DNA of 64,000 nucleotides, taken from the IMG/VR virus record IMGVR_UViG_3300032287_001394; one strand, 5' to 3'. The notes beneath the pieces are model-generated. The model was not told where the DNA came from and ran no database searches. It worked only from the letters and a program-made list of their open reading frames with translations. Below, piece by piece: positions 54,397-64,000 of this stretch; position 1 is the stretch's first letter, and the number at the start of each line of letters is the position of its first letter. Origin of the DNA: a virus. The position numbers and the translations under genes were made by a program.

Positions 54397-55578
54397 ATGG
54401 CACTAGGACCACAAGGATTAAATGCAGCTAATTTTGCATCAGGAGCAATGCCAACTCCACGTCAAATAGATGCAGCACGATTACCAAAATCAGAACAATC
54501 GAAAATAGGAGATTATTCAGGTAGCACTCTTTATAACAGTAGAGGTGGACCTGCTTCGTTTGACACTAATAAGTATAATATATCACAGCATTCATATCCT
54601 TATGATTTAATGGGTCCTGTAGGAGAGTATGGCGGCAACTATGTCATATTCTATATCAATGTTGCGGTTGATTCAAAACTTCTTAAAGATCCAAGTACAC
54701 AAACTGTAGAAGATAATACTCCAAGAGATAATGGAGATTTAACAGCTTTATCTAATAAGTATGATACTGGAGCATTGGGTGCTGTAGCTGCTCCTGCCGC
54801 TGTGGGTATTGGTGGAGCATTATTAGGTGGAGATAAAAAAGCTGCAGCGCAAGCTGCAGGTATAGCTGCTATAGGAGCGTTAGGTTTAGAAACTGTAGCA
54901 TCTACGTTCTCAGGTGCAAAGAAAAGATTAGCTACAGCAATCGCATTACACACACCAAACAATATGTCTACTACATATAGTATCAACTATGATGAAGAAG
55001 ATACTGACGTTTATGCTATGGGTTTGGCTGCAGCTGGTGGTTCTGCTGCTCTTGCTGAAGCAGTAAAACAAAATGGTTTAAGCGATACTGCGGCATCCTC
55101 AGGCAATGCTGTAGTAGCTGCAGCATTATCACAAGGTCTTAAATTGCCTGGTACCGGAGGAATCTCTAAGATTACTGGTCTTGCGCCCAATCCTAGAAAA
55201 GAACAAATATTTAAACATGTTAACTTTAGAAATTTTACATTTGACTATCAGTTCTATCCAAGAGACGCTAAAGAAGCAGAGAACGTATTAAACATCATAT
55301 ATGAATTCAAGTATCATATGCATCCAGAGTTTAAAGATGCGAATAACTTCTTATACATATATCCATCAGAGTTTGACATATTCTATTATAATAATGGCCA
55401 AGAAAACTTAAATGTTAATAGACATACGTCGTGTGTACTTACAGATATGGTAGTTAACTATTCTCCAAATGGACAGTTTGCCGCATTTGAAAATGGTATG
55501 CCAACACAAATTAATGTAACATTAACCTTTAAAGAGCTTGCAACCCTTACTAAAGAAAAAATACAGGATAGACTATAA
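54397..55578 (+). CDS. 48: Baseplate tail-tube cap gp48-like
   Basis: NPRKEQIFKHVNFRNFTFDYQFYP, CVLTDMVVNYSP, LTFKE. Confidence 0.8.
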   Translation: MALGPQGLNAANFASGAMPTPRQIDAARLPKSEQSKIGDYSGSTLYNSRGGPASFDTNKYNISQHSYPYDLMGPVGEYGGNYVIFYINVAVDSKLLKDPSTQTVEDNTPRDNGDLTALSNKYDTGALGAVAAPAAVGIGGALLGGDKKAAAQAAGIAAIGALGLETVASTFSGAKKRLATAIALHTPNNMSTTYSINYDEEDTDVYAMGLAAAGGSAALAEAVKQNGLSDTAASSGNAVVAAALSQGLKLPGTGGISKITGLAPNPRKEQIFKHVNFRNFTFDYQFYPRDAKEAENVLNIIYEFKYHMHPEFKDANNFLYIYPSEFDIFYYNNGQENLNVNRHTSCVLTDMVVNYSPNGQFAAFENGMPTQINVTLTFKELATLTKEKIQDRL

Positions 55579-56066
55579 TGTACTTCGAAAACTTCCCTAC
55601 ATTTTTATATGATTTTAAGATCAATGGTAAGACTGAATATAAGTTAGTCAAAGACATCTCACAAAACGTTCGTATTCGTAAAGAGATATTATCTAGCGTA
55701 ACTTTATATGATGAGTATGATATTAGAGACGGTGAGACCCCAGAGATCATATCAGAAAAAGTATATGGCACTCCTCTATATCATTGGGTGGTCATGCTAT
55801 GTAATGATAAATATAACTACGTTGATGATTTTCCATTACCAAGTTATGAATTAGAAAAACACATCACTAATAAGTATGGTTCTGGTAATGAATATGATAT
55901 ACATCACTATGTAAATGCAAATGGATTTATAGTAGATTCCAGTCAAGGCACTTCCGTATCTAATTATGATTATGAGGTTTCTGTAAATGAATCAAAGCGC
56001 AGGATCAAATTAATCACTCCATCATTATTAAACACTATCCTCAAAAACTTTAAAGATATTATATAA
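55578..56066 (+). CDS. 53: Baseplate wedge gp53
   Basis: MYFENFP, GETPEIISEKVYG, NESKRRIKL. Confidence 0.9.
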   Translation: MYFENFPTFLYDFKINGKTEYKLVKDISQNVRIRKEILSSVTLYDEYDIRDGETPEIISEKVYGTPLYHWVVMLCNDKYNYVDDFPLPSYELEKHITNKYGSGNEYDIHHYVNANGFIVDSSQGTSVSNYDYEVSVNESKRRIKLITPSLLNTILKNFKDII

Positions 56067-57358
56067 TGCCAGCTTATAATGAAGCCATACGTTTCGCAGG
56101 AGACGTTGCATTTGATGAAATTCGTATCATATCATCGAACGGGTTTGGTCAAGATGTAACCAATCAAGTAGTAGCTATAGAACTATATGAAGATCTATGG
56201 TCTCCATTCATGTCTGGTGTCTTAGCATTAAAAGATTCATTAGATCTTACAAACTTATTTCCTTTTGTAGGTGAAGAGTTTGTTAATATCAAGATACATA
56301 CGCCATCATTTGAAGGCAAAGACAAAACAATAAATGATCAATTCTATATCTATAAGATGACAAATAGAATTGCAAAGGGTGATAGGAGTGCTATATATGA
56401 ACTACATTTCATATCACGGGAAGCTATCGTCGACCTTAATAAAGCTACAAGTAAAGCTTATTCTGGAAAATGCTCAGACATAGCAAGAGCTATTATTACT
56501 GGAGTTGATGGGTTAGAATCTAAGAAATCTGCTATCATTGAAGAAACACCTAATGGCGTTAAGTTTGTAGCAAACTATTGGCCACCAGTAAAGAGTCTTA
56601 ATTATACAGCCGAGACTGCTTCAAATAGAGATGGTGCTGCTAATTACTTATTCTTTGAAAATAGGTTAGGTCTTAATTTTGTATCATTAGATTACCTATA
56701 TAAAGGCGATGTAATACAAGAGTTTGTGCAAGATAATTACATGAGAGACTTTACTGCAGATGGCAGAACATATAGAAATGTTGAAAAAGAGTATCAACGA
56801 ATCGTTGATATAACTATACCAGAAATATTTGATTATATGGATAAAGTTAGATCAGGTATGTATGCAAATAAGATGACTAACTATGACTTAGTAACTAAGA
56901 AGTACGTAGTTAAGACGTTTGATATGCTAGAAGACTTTAATAAGAATGCTCATTTAAATGAGTTTGCATCTGCATCAAACAAATCAATAAGAAGATTTAA
57001 TGCGATGGGTTTTACTTATCCCAAATATCATGGTAATTTTAATAACTTTGGTGATGTAACTAACTCTAAGACTATTCAAAAACGCATGTCGCAATTAAGA
57101 CAAGCAGAAGCAACTAAGATACAGATAGTAGTTCCTGGTCGAACTGACTATACTGTCGGCAAAAAAGTAAGAGTTAAACTTAATAAGTTCAACCCTATAG
57201 AAGGTGCAGATTCGCAACAAGACACAGTAGATAATATGTTCTCTGGAAACTATCTGATATCAGGTATCAATCATTTTATCAATAGAGAGAAGCACCAATG
57301 CCATATGGAATTAATGAAGGATTCATTTATAGTAGATTTAGATAAAGGTGGGAAGTAA
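56066..57358 (+). CDS. Baseplate hub protein (gp27-like)
   Basis: ELYEDL, YLFFEN, VPG..D..VG, SGNYLISGINH; between gp53 and gp5. Confidence 0.65.
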   Translation: MPAYNEAIRFAGDVAFDEIRIISSNGFGQDVTNQVVAIELYEDLWSPFMSGVLALKDSLDLTNLFPFVGEEFVNIKIHTPSFEGKDKTINDQFYIYKMTNRIAKGDRSAIYELHFISREAIVDLNKATSKAYSGKCSDIARAIITGVDGLESKKSAIIEETPNGVKFVANYWPPVKSLNYTAETASNRDGAANYLFFENRLGLNFVSLDYLYKGDVIQEFVQDNYMRDFTADGRTYRNVEKEYQRIVDITIPEIFDYMDKVRSGMYANKMTNYDLVTKKYVVKTFDMLEDFNKNAHLNEFASASNKSIRRFNAMGFTYPKYHGNFNNFGDVTNSKTIQKRMSQLRQAEATKIQIVVPGRTDYTVGKKVRVKLNKFNPIEGADSQQDTVDNMFSGNYLISGINHFINREKHQCHMELMKDSFIVDLDKGGK

Positions 57359-59775
57359 TGCATTTATATACAGGATGCGTAGAGAATAGACAAGATCCAT
57401 TAAAACTTGGTAGATGCCAGGTTCGTGTGGTAGGTCTACACAATAGTGATAAGACCCAGTTAAAGACAGAAGATTTGCCATGGGCATATCCTATGCAACC
57501 TATTACCTCGGCGGGTATATCAGGAGTAGGTCATACTCCGTTAGGTCCAGTTGAAGGTTCATGGGTCGTTATCATGTTCAGAGACGATGATGAACAACAA
57601 CCAATCATCTTAGGTACAATCGGCGGTATACCACAAGCACAGGGTACCATAGATCAAGACAATGATCAGATGATCCTCAAAGAAGATGGTATGCTCGCGG
57701 GTTCAGATGGTCAAACTACTACAAACACCAATGGCGATACTGTAACTAATACTTCCTCAACTCCTGGAGAAGAAGATGTTGGGTTAAATCTTGCAAGTAA
57801 GTATACTCCGTCGTCAGATGCGATAAACTTAATCAAACAATATGAAGGATTAAGACTAACTGCGTATCAAGACTCTGTTGGTATATGGACTATAGGCTAC
57901 GGCACTACAACTATTAATGGGGTTGCAGTCTATGAAGGTCAAACTATTACTCAAGCACAAGCTGACGAGTATTTGTTAGATCATATAGAGAATAATGTGT
58001 CTCCTATAATAAACACAAAAGTTAAAGCTCCAATCACCCAATCAATGTATGACGCACTATGTTGTTTTACATATAACCTAGGTTCTGGTAATTTAAGTAA
58101 GTCTACACTATTAAAAGAACTAAACACTACAAAATATCTAGATACCGCGACATCATTCTTAGACTATAATAAAGCCGGTGGAGTAGTATTAGCTGGTCTA
58201 ACTAAACGCAGGTCTGCAGAAAAAGATCTATTCTTAAAAGATGGTATACCTAGTATTTCAGGAGATCTAACTCCAGTACAAGGAGCCAATGCTCCTGTTG
58301 ATTCATCTAATACTAGTTCAGGCCTTAATAATGGCGGTGCTGCTGTTGTTATGGGATTTAAAGATCCTAAAGGCAAGTATCCATTATATCTAAATGAACC
58401 TGACACTAATAAACTAGCTAGACATGAAGACATCAAGAAGACTATAGTCTACAAGAAAGAATTAGCAAGAGAGAAAGCAGTGCTGACTGCCGCTGGTAAA
58501 ACTTGGGATCAAGCTCATATCCCTTACAATGCTTCATATCCTTATAATCATGTATTCATGACAGAGTCCGGCCATATCATGGAGTTTGATGATACCCAAT
58601 ACTCTGAACGCGTACACATATATCATAAGAGCGGCACCTTCACTGAGATAGATGCCAATGGCACACAAGTCAATAGGATAGTTGGAGATAACTACGAGAT
58701 ACTTGAACGAAACGGCCATGTATACATCAAAGGTACCATGGATGTCACTATAGATGGTGATCATAACGTTAAAGTTAATAATGCTATGAACCTTGAAGTA
58801 GTCGGTAATGTTAACATGAAAGTTACTGGAAACATGAATGTTGATGTAGCAGGCACATATAACTTAAAAGCTTCAGGAATTAACTTAGAAACGCATACTG
58901 GTCCAATGAATATAAAATCGGCCAATAGCATTAACGTACAGTCCGCCGCGGCACAAAGCTTTAAAGCTGGAGCAACATTTAATGTTGATGCCGTACGTGT
59001 AGACATGAATAGCGGAACAGCTGGAGATGCATCTGGTTCTGGATTAGATACACTTTCTGTTGCTACTCCAGAATTGCCAGAGTTTACAGACTTAGTAGTC
59101 ATAACTCGTGGGGCAGAGGCCGCCGCACATTATGAGACTCCAGAAGAGGGTGATGCTACCGCTTATACTGCTAAACAAATTAGCGATGGTACATTAAGAG
59201 CTGATGAGAAAGATTTTGGTACAGCACAAGGATCAGCGACAGCAAGTCCTAATGATGTGGCACCATTACCACAAAGCTGTAACTTAATTAGTAGTATGGA
59301 TAAGTTTACTCCAGACTTACAATTGTCAACACACTTTAATCTTGGATCATTAACTAAAAACGGCACACGCATGCCAGTCAATCAGCAAGGATTAACTGCA
59401 CAAGAGATAGTATGTAATCTTAAAGGTCTTGCTGAGAATTGTTTAGAGCCTATTATTAGGCTGTATCCAAGTATGATCATTACTTCAGGATTTAGAAGAC
59501 CTAACGATGTGGCTGCGTCTAGCAAGACATCACAACATTACCTAGGTCAAGCTGCAGACATTGTAATCCCAGGATTTAGTAGACAGAAACATTATGATGC
59601 CATTCAAGCTATACAACAATTAATACCATATGACCAACTAATACTAGAATATTCTGGTGCAAATACTGTATGGATCCATGTGTCATTTAAGTATACTGCT
59701 AATAGACAGATGGCATTTACCATGAGAGACCATACCAAAGTTGGTGATACAGGACAGTTTACGCTGATAGCATAA
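57358..59775 (+). CDS. 5: Tail spike gp5: OB fold, GH24 lysozyme, beta-helix, C-terminal M15 peptidase
   Basis: DPLKLGRCQVRV; EGLRLTAYQDSVGIWTIGYG; YPYNHV..TESGH; SGFR...SQHYLGQAADI...WIHVS. Confidence 0.9.
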   Translation: MHLYTGCVENRQDPLKLGRCQVRVVGLHNSDKTQLKTEDLPWAYPMQPITSAGISGVGHTPLGPVEGSWVVIMFRDDDEQQPIILGTIGGIPQAQGTIDQDNDQMILKEDGMLAGSDGQTTTNTNGDTVTNTSSTPGEEDVGLNLASKYTPSSDAINLIKQYEGLRLTAYQDSVGIWTIGYGTTTINGVAVYEGQTITQAQADEYLLDHIENNVSPIINTKVKAPITQSMYDALCCFTYNLGSGNLSKSTLLKELNTTKYLDTATSFLDYNKAGGVVLAGLTKRRSAEKDLFLKDGIPSISGDLTPVQGANAPVDSSNTSSGLNNGGAAVVMGFKDPKGKYPLYLNEPDTNKLARHEDIKKTIVYKKELAREKAVLTAAGKTWDQAHIPYNASYPYNHVFMTESGHIMEFDDTQYSERVHIYHKSGTFTEIDANGTQVNRIVGDNYEILERNGHVYIKGTMDVTIDGDHNVKVNNAMNLEVVGNVNMKVTGNMNVDVAGTYNLKASGINLETHTGPMNIKSANSINVQSAAAQSFKAGATFNVDAVRVDMNSGTAGDASGSGLDTLSVATPELPEFTDLVVITRGAEAAAHYETPEEGDATAYTAKQISDGTLRADEKDFGTAQGSATASPNDVAPLPQSCNLISSMDKFTPDLQLSTHFNLGSLTKNGTRMPVNQQGLTAQEIVCNLKGLAENCLEPIIRLYPSMIITSGFRRPNDVAASSKTSQHYLGQAADIVIPGFSRQKHYDAIQAIQQLIPYDQLILEYSGANTVWIHVSFKYTANRQMAFTMRDHTKVGDTGQFTLIA

Positions 59776-60314
59776 TGCCATTTAGTCCAACTACTACATC
59801 ATTAAACACGTTAAATGAGTTTAAGAATTTAAGTCATACTATAACGTATGTATCAGGAGGTGCTACAGGAGCTACAGGTGCTGGAGTTAGTTATCCAGTA
59901 ACTATAACTGCAGCTGAAAGCAATCCTACGATTACTATATCTGGAAATATTATATCTGGATATTACTCTGACGTATTTGTAGGAGAGATAGCATATAGGA
60001 CTATTGATGATCAGTTCATTACTGTTACAACTTGGCAAGCAATAGAAAATGCGGTTAATAATGGCACATTATCAGAGATATATTACTATTATGCAGATAC
60101 GCGGGTAAATTATGTTTATACATATACCGCGACTGCTAATGGAGAAACAAAAGCCTATACTATTACAGTTACTAATGATTGGACTTATGGAAGAGATCAA
60201 CTATTACGATATGTACATCCTTCACAAGTTTCTGGCATAGTATGGATAAATAACAGTGGACAACCCGTTACATGGAATAATGTTAATGGTAACACAATTA
60301 CTTGGAATAATTAA
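59775..60314 (+). CDS. Hypothetical structural protein
   Basis: T/Y/N-rich beta-type sequence with GATGATGA. Confidence 0.65.
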   Translation: MPFSPTTTSLNTLNEFKNLSHTITYVSGGATGATGAGVSYPVTITAAESNPTITISGNIISGYYSDVFVGEIAYRTIDDQFITVTTWQAIENAVNNGTLSEIYYYYADTRVNYVYTYTATANGETKAYTITVTNDWTYGRDQLLRYVHPSQVSGIVWINNSGQPVTWNNVNGNTITWNN

Positions 60315-60652
60315 TGACTATACCTAATACTCTCGCTAATTTATCAGGTTCGATACAACTATCGTTACTTGATGATAACTTTACATATTTAGATGCAGCA
60401 ATAGCAACCGCTGTAGTTGGTGCAACTAGCTTTGTAAACGTTGCAACCTTAGTAGCAGGTGCTGGCGCGACAGGAGCTACAGGCTCTATAACTGGTGCAT
60501 CATTTAAAACATCAAATTGGACAATTACTGGCGCATCAGGTGCCACAGGAGCTTTATACTTTTCAATTGGTGGTGTAAACAAAGCTAAGTTAGATATAGA
60601 TGGAAACTTTAGTGTAACTGGTGATGTCATAGCATTTGAGACTATTACTTAA
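60314..60652 (+). CDS. Small fibre-like structural protein
   Basis: LDDNFTYL, GATG motifs, VTGDVIAF. Confidence 0.65.
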   Translation: MTIPNTLANLSGSIQLSLLDDNFTYLDAAIATAVVGATSFVNVATLVAGAGATGATGSITGASFKTSNWTITGASGATGALYFSIGGVNKAKLDIDGNFSVTGDVIAFETIT

Positions 60653-60654
60653 TC

Positions 60655-61677
60655 ATGGCTTTACCATCTAGCGGAAGAATTAAATTAAGTGATGTTAATA
60701 CTGAATTAGGATTATCATCTACTACACGTATAACTTTAGGTCAAGCTACTGTTAGGACTTTGACTGGTGTTTCTTCTGGTAGGATTAGGTTAGCTGCAGA
60801 TGGATATGGTAAATCTAATAGAGCAGTATTGAGTTATATTTTCTCTAGTAATACTACACAAACTACAATTAATCCAGCTGCTGTAGCTGGATATATAGCT
60901 GGAAAGACAGACTTAACCATAACAGTTAATAGTGGAGTGTATGTTTATTCTACAAATACATCAGTTGCTGGACTAACTATATCAGGATTCTCAGCTGGTG
61001 ATACTATTGCATTAGTGAATAATGGCTATATTATAGGCAGAGGTGGAAATGGTGCGACAGGTACAAGTAATAATTCTCAAAATAGCGGGTTATCCGGAGG
61101 ACCTGCTTTAAGTATATCATATAATGTTACTATAACCAATAATAGTTATATAGCTGGTGGCGGTGGTGGGGGAGGATGTTATGTCGTTGGCGGTGGAGGC
61201 GGTGCAGGAGGTGGAAATGGAGGTAATTCTTTCACGCAACCCGCTGGTCAAGGAATTGGAGGAGCTGGAGGTGGCCCAGGTGAAGTTGGGCAAAATAGTA
61301 TCCCACCCTATTCTAGCCCGCGGGCTAGTCCCGGCGGTGGAGCAGGAGGAGCCGGATCAGTTAATATGACATTTAACGGAAATAATGGATTCGGCGGTGG
61401 AGGCGGAGGTAGAATTTTACCTGGAGTTGGTGGGGTAGCTTACAGTGGATACTCCGACTGGCGTGCCGGTAATGGTGGTTCTGGTAACTCTCCAGGATCA
61501 AGTCCTCCATATTCTAGTAACTTTTGGTTTGCTGGTGCCGGTGGCGGAGGTTGGGGAGCAGCAGGAGGAAATGCCTTTGGAGCAGCAAGTGGAGGAGCAG
61601 GTGGTAAAGCTATAGCACTCAATGGATATTCAGTCACGTATGCAGTAACAGGCACAATTTATGGAGCAGTTAGTTAG
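60655..61677 (+). CDS. Glycine-rich adhesin-like protein (gp38-like)
   Basis: MALPSSG.I.LSDVNTELG start; GRGGNG and poly-Gly tracts separated by variable loops. Confidence 0.65.
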   Translation: MALPSSGRIKLSDVNTELGLSSTTRITLGQATVRTLTGVSSGRIRLAADGYGKSNRAVLSYIFSSNTTQTTINPAAVAGYIAGKTDLTITVNSGVYVYSTNTSVAGLTISGFSAGDTIALVNNGYIIGRGGNGATGTSNNSQNSGLSGGPALSISYNVTITNNSYIAGGGGGGGCYVVGGGGGAGGGNGGNSFTQPAGQGIGGAGGGPGEVGQNSIPPYSSPRASPGGGAGGAGSVNMTFNGNNGFGGGGGGRILPGVGGVAYSGYSDWRAGNGGSGNSPGSSPPYSSNFWFAGAGGGGWGAAGGNAFGAASGGAGGKAIALNGYSVTYAVTGTIYGAVS

Positions 61678-61686
61678 GAGATAATT

Positions 61687-61893
61687 ATGGCAAGAAAATG
61701 GGCAGTACATAACCAAATTACAGGATTACAAGAAGAGCTTGATTCATTTGAAGCAATCAAGACTCGCAGGTTAGAGATCATTGAACAATCTCGCCTATTT
61801 GATATAACAGTTTTAGTACAAAACGAAGATGAAACATGGACACAAACATTAGCTGATGCCAATGGTGATCCAGTTCCACCACCAACAGAATAA
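61687..61893 (+). CDS. Hypothetical protein
   Basis: 68-aa ORF with AGGAG RBS. Confidence 0.65.
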   Translation: MARKWAVHNQITGLQEELDSFEAIKTRRLEIIEQSRLFDITVLVQNEDETWTQTLADANGDPVPPPTE

Positions 61894-62177
61894 TGCCAGC
61901 AGCTACTAGATTAGGAGATGTTTGTACAGGACATGGATGCTTTCCTCCAAGAGTTAATGACGAGGCATCTGATAATGTATTCATCAATGGAATCGGTGCT
62001 CATCGAGTAGATGACCATTGGGTGACTCACTGCTGTACTATTATTTGTCATGATGGTGTGGCTGCAGAAGGCTCATCAACCGTGTTTATCAATGGAAAGG
62101 CTGCTGTTAGGATAGGTGATATGATTTCATGTGGATCAGCCTCAGCAGAAGGTTCTCCTAATGTATTCTTTGGATAA
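61893..62177 (+). CDS. PAAR spike-tip protein (gp5.4)
   Basis: MPAATRLGD.CTGH, AAVRIGD, GSPNVF. Confidence 0.92.
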   Translation: MPAATRLGDVCTGHGCFPPRVNDEASDNVFINGIGAHRVDDHWVTHCCTIICHDGVAAEGSSTVFINGKAAVRIGDMISCGSASAEGSPNVFFG

Positions 62178-62182
62178 AAGCA

Positions 62183-62190
62183 TATAAATA
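62183..62190 (+). promoter_or_regulatory. Late promoter
   Basis: TATAAATA 4 nt before ATG 62195. Confidence 0.8.
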
Positions 62191-62194
62191 AGCT

Positions 62195-62587
62195 ATGGTA
62201 CGAAATACTAGGACATTCTCTGATTTAGACCTCAACTTTACTAAACACCCAGTAACGAAGGATGTCGTCCGTAAGTTTGATGAAGAAGCTATCAAGGCAT
62301 CAGTAAAGAACCTTGTCCTAACACAGAACTATGAGAGACCTTTCCATTCAGAGATAGGTTCACAAATTAGAGGGTTGTTGTTTGAGCCAGCCACCCCAAT
62401 GTTAAACGTCATGCTCAAGAGAGCTATAACTGACACCATAGTCAACTTTGAACCTAGAGTTAGACTTAATGAGGTATTAGTTACCATCTCTCCAGATAAC
62501 AATGAAGTGTATGTATCAGTATACTTTACTATCATAAACACTACTAAGCCATTGCAAGTGGATCTAGTACTAACGAGAACTCGATAA
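62195..62587 (+). CDS. 25: Baseplate wedge gp25
   Basis: FSDLDLNF..HP, ERPF, LLFE, FEPRV. Confidence 0.92.
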   Translation: MVRNTRTFSDLDLNFTKHPVTKDVVRKFDEEAIKASVKNLVLTQNYERPFHSEIGSQIRGLLFEPATPMLNVMLKRAITDTIVNFEPRVRLNEVLVTISPDNNEVYVSVYFTIINTTKPLQVDLVLTRTR

Positions 62588-64000
62588 TGTCAACAGCTAA
62601 TAAAATCATTAACACTACAGAGTTAGATTTTGATACAATTAAGTCAAACTTAAAAACATTCTTACAAGGACAATCAGCTTTTGCTGATTATGACTTTGAG
62701 GGTGCTGGCCTTTCGGTCCTTATTGACTTACTTGCATACAATACCCATTACAACGCTCTATATACAAACTTAGCTATCAATGAATCTTTCTTAGATTCTG
62801 CTAGCAAACGATCAAGCGTCGTTTCAAGAGCTAAAGAAATTGGGTATGTGCCTTATTCATCCTCTGCTGCCACTGCTGTTGTTAATATAGTCGTATCATC
62901 CACGACTACTACACCAGCCACTTTAACATTACCGGCTTATAGTTCATTTAGTACAAGTATAGATGGAGAACAATATACGTTTTATACTACAGAGAGTATA
63001 GTCTCTACTTTAGTAGGATCTACATATACATTCACAAATGTAAATATCAAAGAAGGTACACCATTAACATTTAAGTATACTGTAGCTGATGGTACCCAAT
63101 ACATAATCCCTAATCAAAATGTAGATATGTCTACCCTATCTGTCCGCATACAAGATAATGCGGCATCTTCTAATTTTGCCACATGGGTCAATCAAGAATT
63201 AATAATAAACTTAGACTCAGAATCTAAGGTATACTTTGTCAAAGAGATTGAAGGCCAATTCAATCAATTAGAATTCGGCAATGGAGTCATAGGTAAAGCT
63301 CTAGCAAACGGAAATCTAGTCAACCTCACATACTTAGTAACTAATGAGGATGCAGGTAATGGAGCTAGAGTATTCGCTTATACTGGTTCAACACTATTAG
63401 GTGGTTCTGTTGCAGTCACCACAGTCACTCCAGCTGTTGGAGGAGCTGTTGCAGAGACCATCGAATCGATTAGATACAATGCTCCTAGAGCTTATTCAGC
63501 ACAAAATAGAGCAGTGACAGTAGAAGACTATAGGACTATGATATTTAGACTCTATCCAGAAGCTCAGACGATCAATGTATGGGGAGGTGAAGATAATGAT
63601 CCACCTATCTATGGTAAAGTGTTCTTATCTATAAAACCCACAACTACGGATGTATTGACACAAAATCAAAAAGATTATATTAAAGACTCTATCTTAAAAG
63701 AAAAAAACGTTGTGTCTATAACTCCTGAGATTGTAGATCCAGAATTTATTAATATTAAAATAGAATCATCAATTTATTACAATCCTAGACTAACTGCTAA
63801 ATCCGAGAATACACTTAAATCATTAGTCGTTCAAACTATTAAAGACTATAACACAGATAACCTTAATTCATTTACTGGAGTATTTAGACATTCAAACCTC
63901 AGTGCATTGATAGATAATACTGAAGATTCTATCGTTAGTAATATTACTACTATAAAACTACATCGAGAAGTAGACGTACAGTACAATACTAATGCTAACT
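62587..64000 (+). CDS. 6: Baseplate wedge gp6 (truncated by window end; not in ORF track)
   Basis: ELDFDTIKSNLK, DYDFEGAGLSVLIDLLAYNTHYNA, QNRAVTVEDY, WGGEDNDPP.YGKV. Confidence 0.92.
   Translation, partial: MSTANKIINTTELDFDTIKSNLKTFLQGQSAFADYDFEGAGLSVLIDLLAYNTHYNALYTNLAINESFLDSASKRSSVVSRAKEIGYVPYSSSAATAVVNIVVSSTTTTPATLTLPAYSSFSTSIDGEQYTFYTTESIVSTLVGSTYTFTNVNIKEGTPLTFKYTVADGTQYIIPNQNVDMSTLSVRIQDNAASSNFATWVNQELIINLDSESKVYFVKEIEGQFNQLEFGNGVIGKALANGNLVNLTYLVTNEDAGNGARVFAYTGSTLLGGSVAVTTVTPAVGGAVAETIESIRYNAPRAYSAQNRAVTVEDYRTMIFRLYPEAQTINVWGGEDNDPPIYGKVFLSIKPTTTDVLTQNQKDYIKDSILKEKNVVSITPEIVDPEFINIKIESSIYYNPRLTAKSENTLKSLVVQTIKDYNTDNLNSFTGVFRHSNLSALIDNTEDSIVSNITTIKLHREVDVQYNTNAN

Noticed and set aside
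1-64000. Alternative genetic code (stop-codon reassignment)
   Set aside because: Core genes are full length in the standard code, and TAA, TGA and TAG all occur as real stops

Overview
64 kb of an AT-rich T4-like myovirus genome resembling aquatic cyanophage/pelagiphage/Methylophilales-phage relatives; the host cannot be determined from this window. Core genes recognised by motif and gene order: end of gp41, gp61, nrdA/nrdB, dsbA, RNase H, gp33, gp59, gp32, and a tail/baseplate block (gp26/gp51-like, gp54-like, gp2, gp4, gp48, gp53, gp5, PAAR, gp25, partial gp6). There is one tRNA(CAU), many TATAAATA late promoters and a family of sigma70-type promoters, several apparently leaderless. Most notable observations: (1) enzymes with T4-type capsid-targeting N-termini (HAD phosphatase, KxDG ligase-fold protein, cytidylyltransferase, Pol-beta nucleotidyltransferase) next to two apparent polyproteins punctuated by prohead-protease-like E-rich linkers; (2) a curli locus with CsgF, CsgG, two curlin-repeat proteins and a FecR-domain protein, followed by a CHASE2 adenylate cyclase; (3) a plcP-agt-like phospholipid remodelling pair; (4) a probable -1 frameshift joining the gp26-like and gp51-like ORFs; (5) structured RNA candidates. 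All family assignments come from motif recognition by eye, not database searches.
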